A stretch of 53,287 bases of DNA from a virus (Duplodnaviria > Caudoviricetes). The DNA lies in the IMG/VR virus record IMGVR_UViG_3300028293_000002, positions 1-53,287 of that record. One strand, 5' to 3'. Below, one piece after another: positions 53,161 to 53,287 of the stretch. The translations under genes and the position numbers were made by a program. Each line of letters opens with the position of its first letter. The first letter of the stretch is position 1. A model generated the notes under the pieces. That model made no database searches, had not been told where the DNA came from, and was given only the letters and a program-made list of their open reading frames with translations.

Positions 53161-53287
53161 GCTCCGCTTGTTCAAGTAGGCGAGACTCCCTCCGGCCGTC
53201 ACGTCACCGAGGCCATACGCGGCCCGGTATTCTTCCTTCGCCGCTTCGATCTTGCCTTCCAGTTGGAACATCTGTCCGCGGAGAGCG
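53161..53287. repeat. 127-bp terminal duplication (copy 2)
   Basis: Identical to 1..127. Confidence 0.97.

Noticed and set aside
53161-53287. 127-bp repeat as a biological terminal repeat or att site
   Set aside because: The length equals a common assembler k-mer overlap and it lies inside a continuous ORF; it indicates circularity only
1-53287. tRNA, rRNA or CRISPR loci
   Set aside because: None recognised by eye and intergenic gaps are short; tRNAscan or Infernal would be needed to exclude them formally

Overview
A complete circular (circularly permuted) tailed-phage genome of 53,160 bp. The last 127 nt duplicate the first 127 nt, and an ORF reads across the junction. High GC and two TIGR02996-domain genes suggest a Planctomycetota (Gemmataceae-like) or possibly myxobacterial host (inference). 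The minus-strand late arm (28.7 kb to 1 kb) carries terminase, portal, an HNH endonuclease, HK97-type protease and capsid, neck, tail tube, a frameshifting tail chaperone, a short tape measure and adhesins. It continues past the origin into a membrane/lysis block (53.1-46.9 kb) with a papain-like peptidase. The plus-strand early arm (28.9-46.8 kb) carries an XRE switch, Gp157, NinB-like, SSB-like, a replication initiator with internal iterons, GIY-YIG, RusA-like, SNF2 helicase, DNA methylase, HAD, MmcB-like and many small genes. No integrase, tRNA or CRISPR was recognised. Best leads: (1) a c4/CI-like antisense RNA with four matching hairpin targets, one over the initiator start codon; (2) a radical SAM plus glycosyltransferase set inside the head module (possible virion modification); (3) an adhesin domain split across two genes by a ~1.35 kb insertion; (4) conserved gene-boundary motifs in the small-gene arrays; (5) phage-borne TIGR02996 proteins. 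All family calls come from motif recognition by eye; no searches were run.
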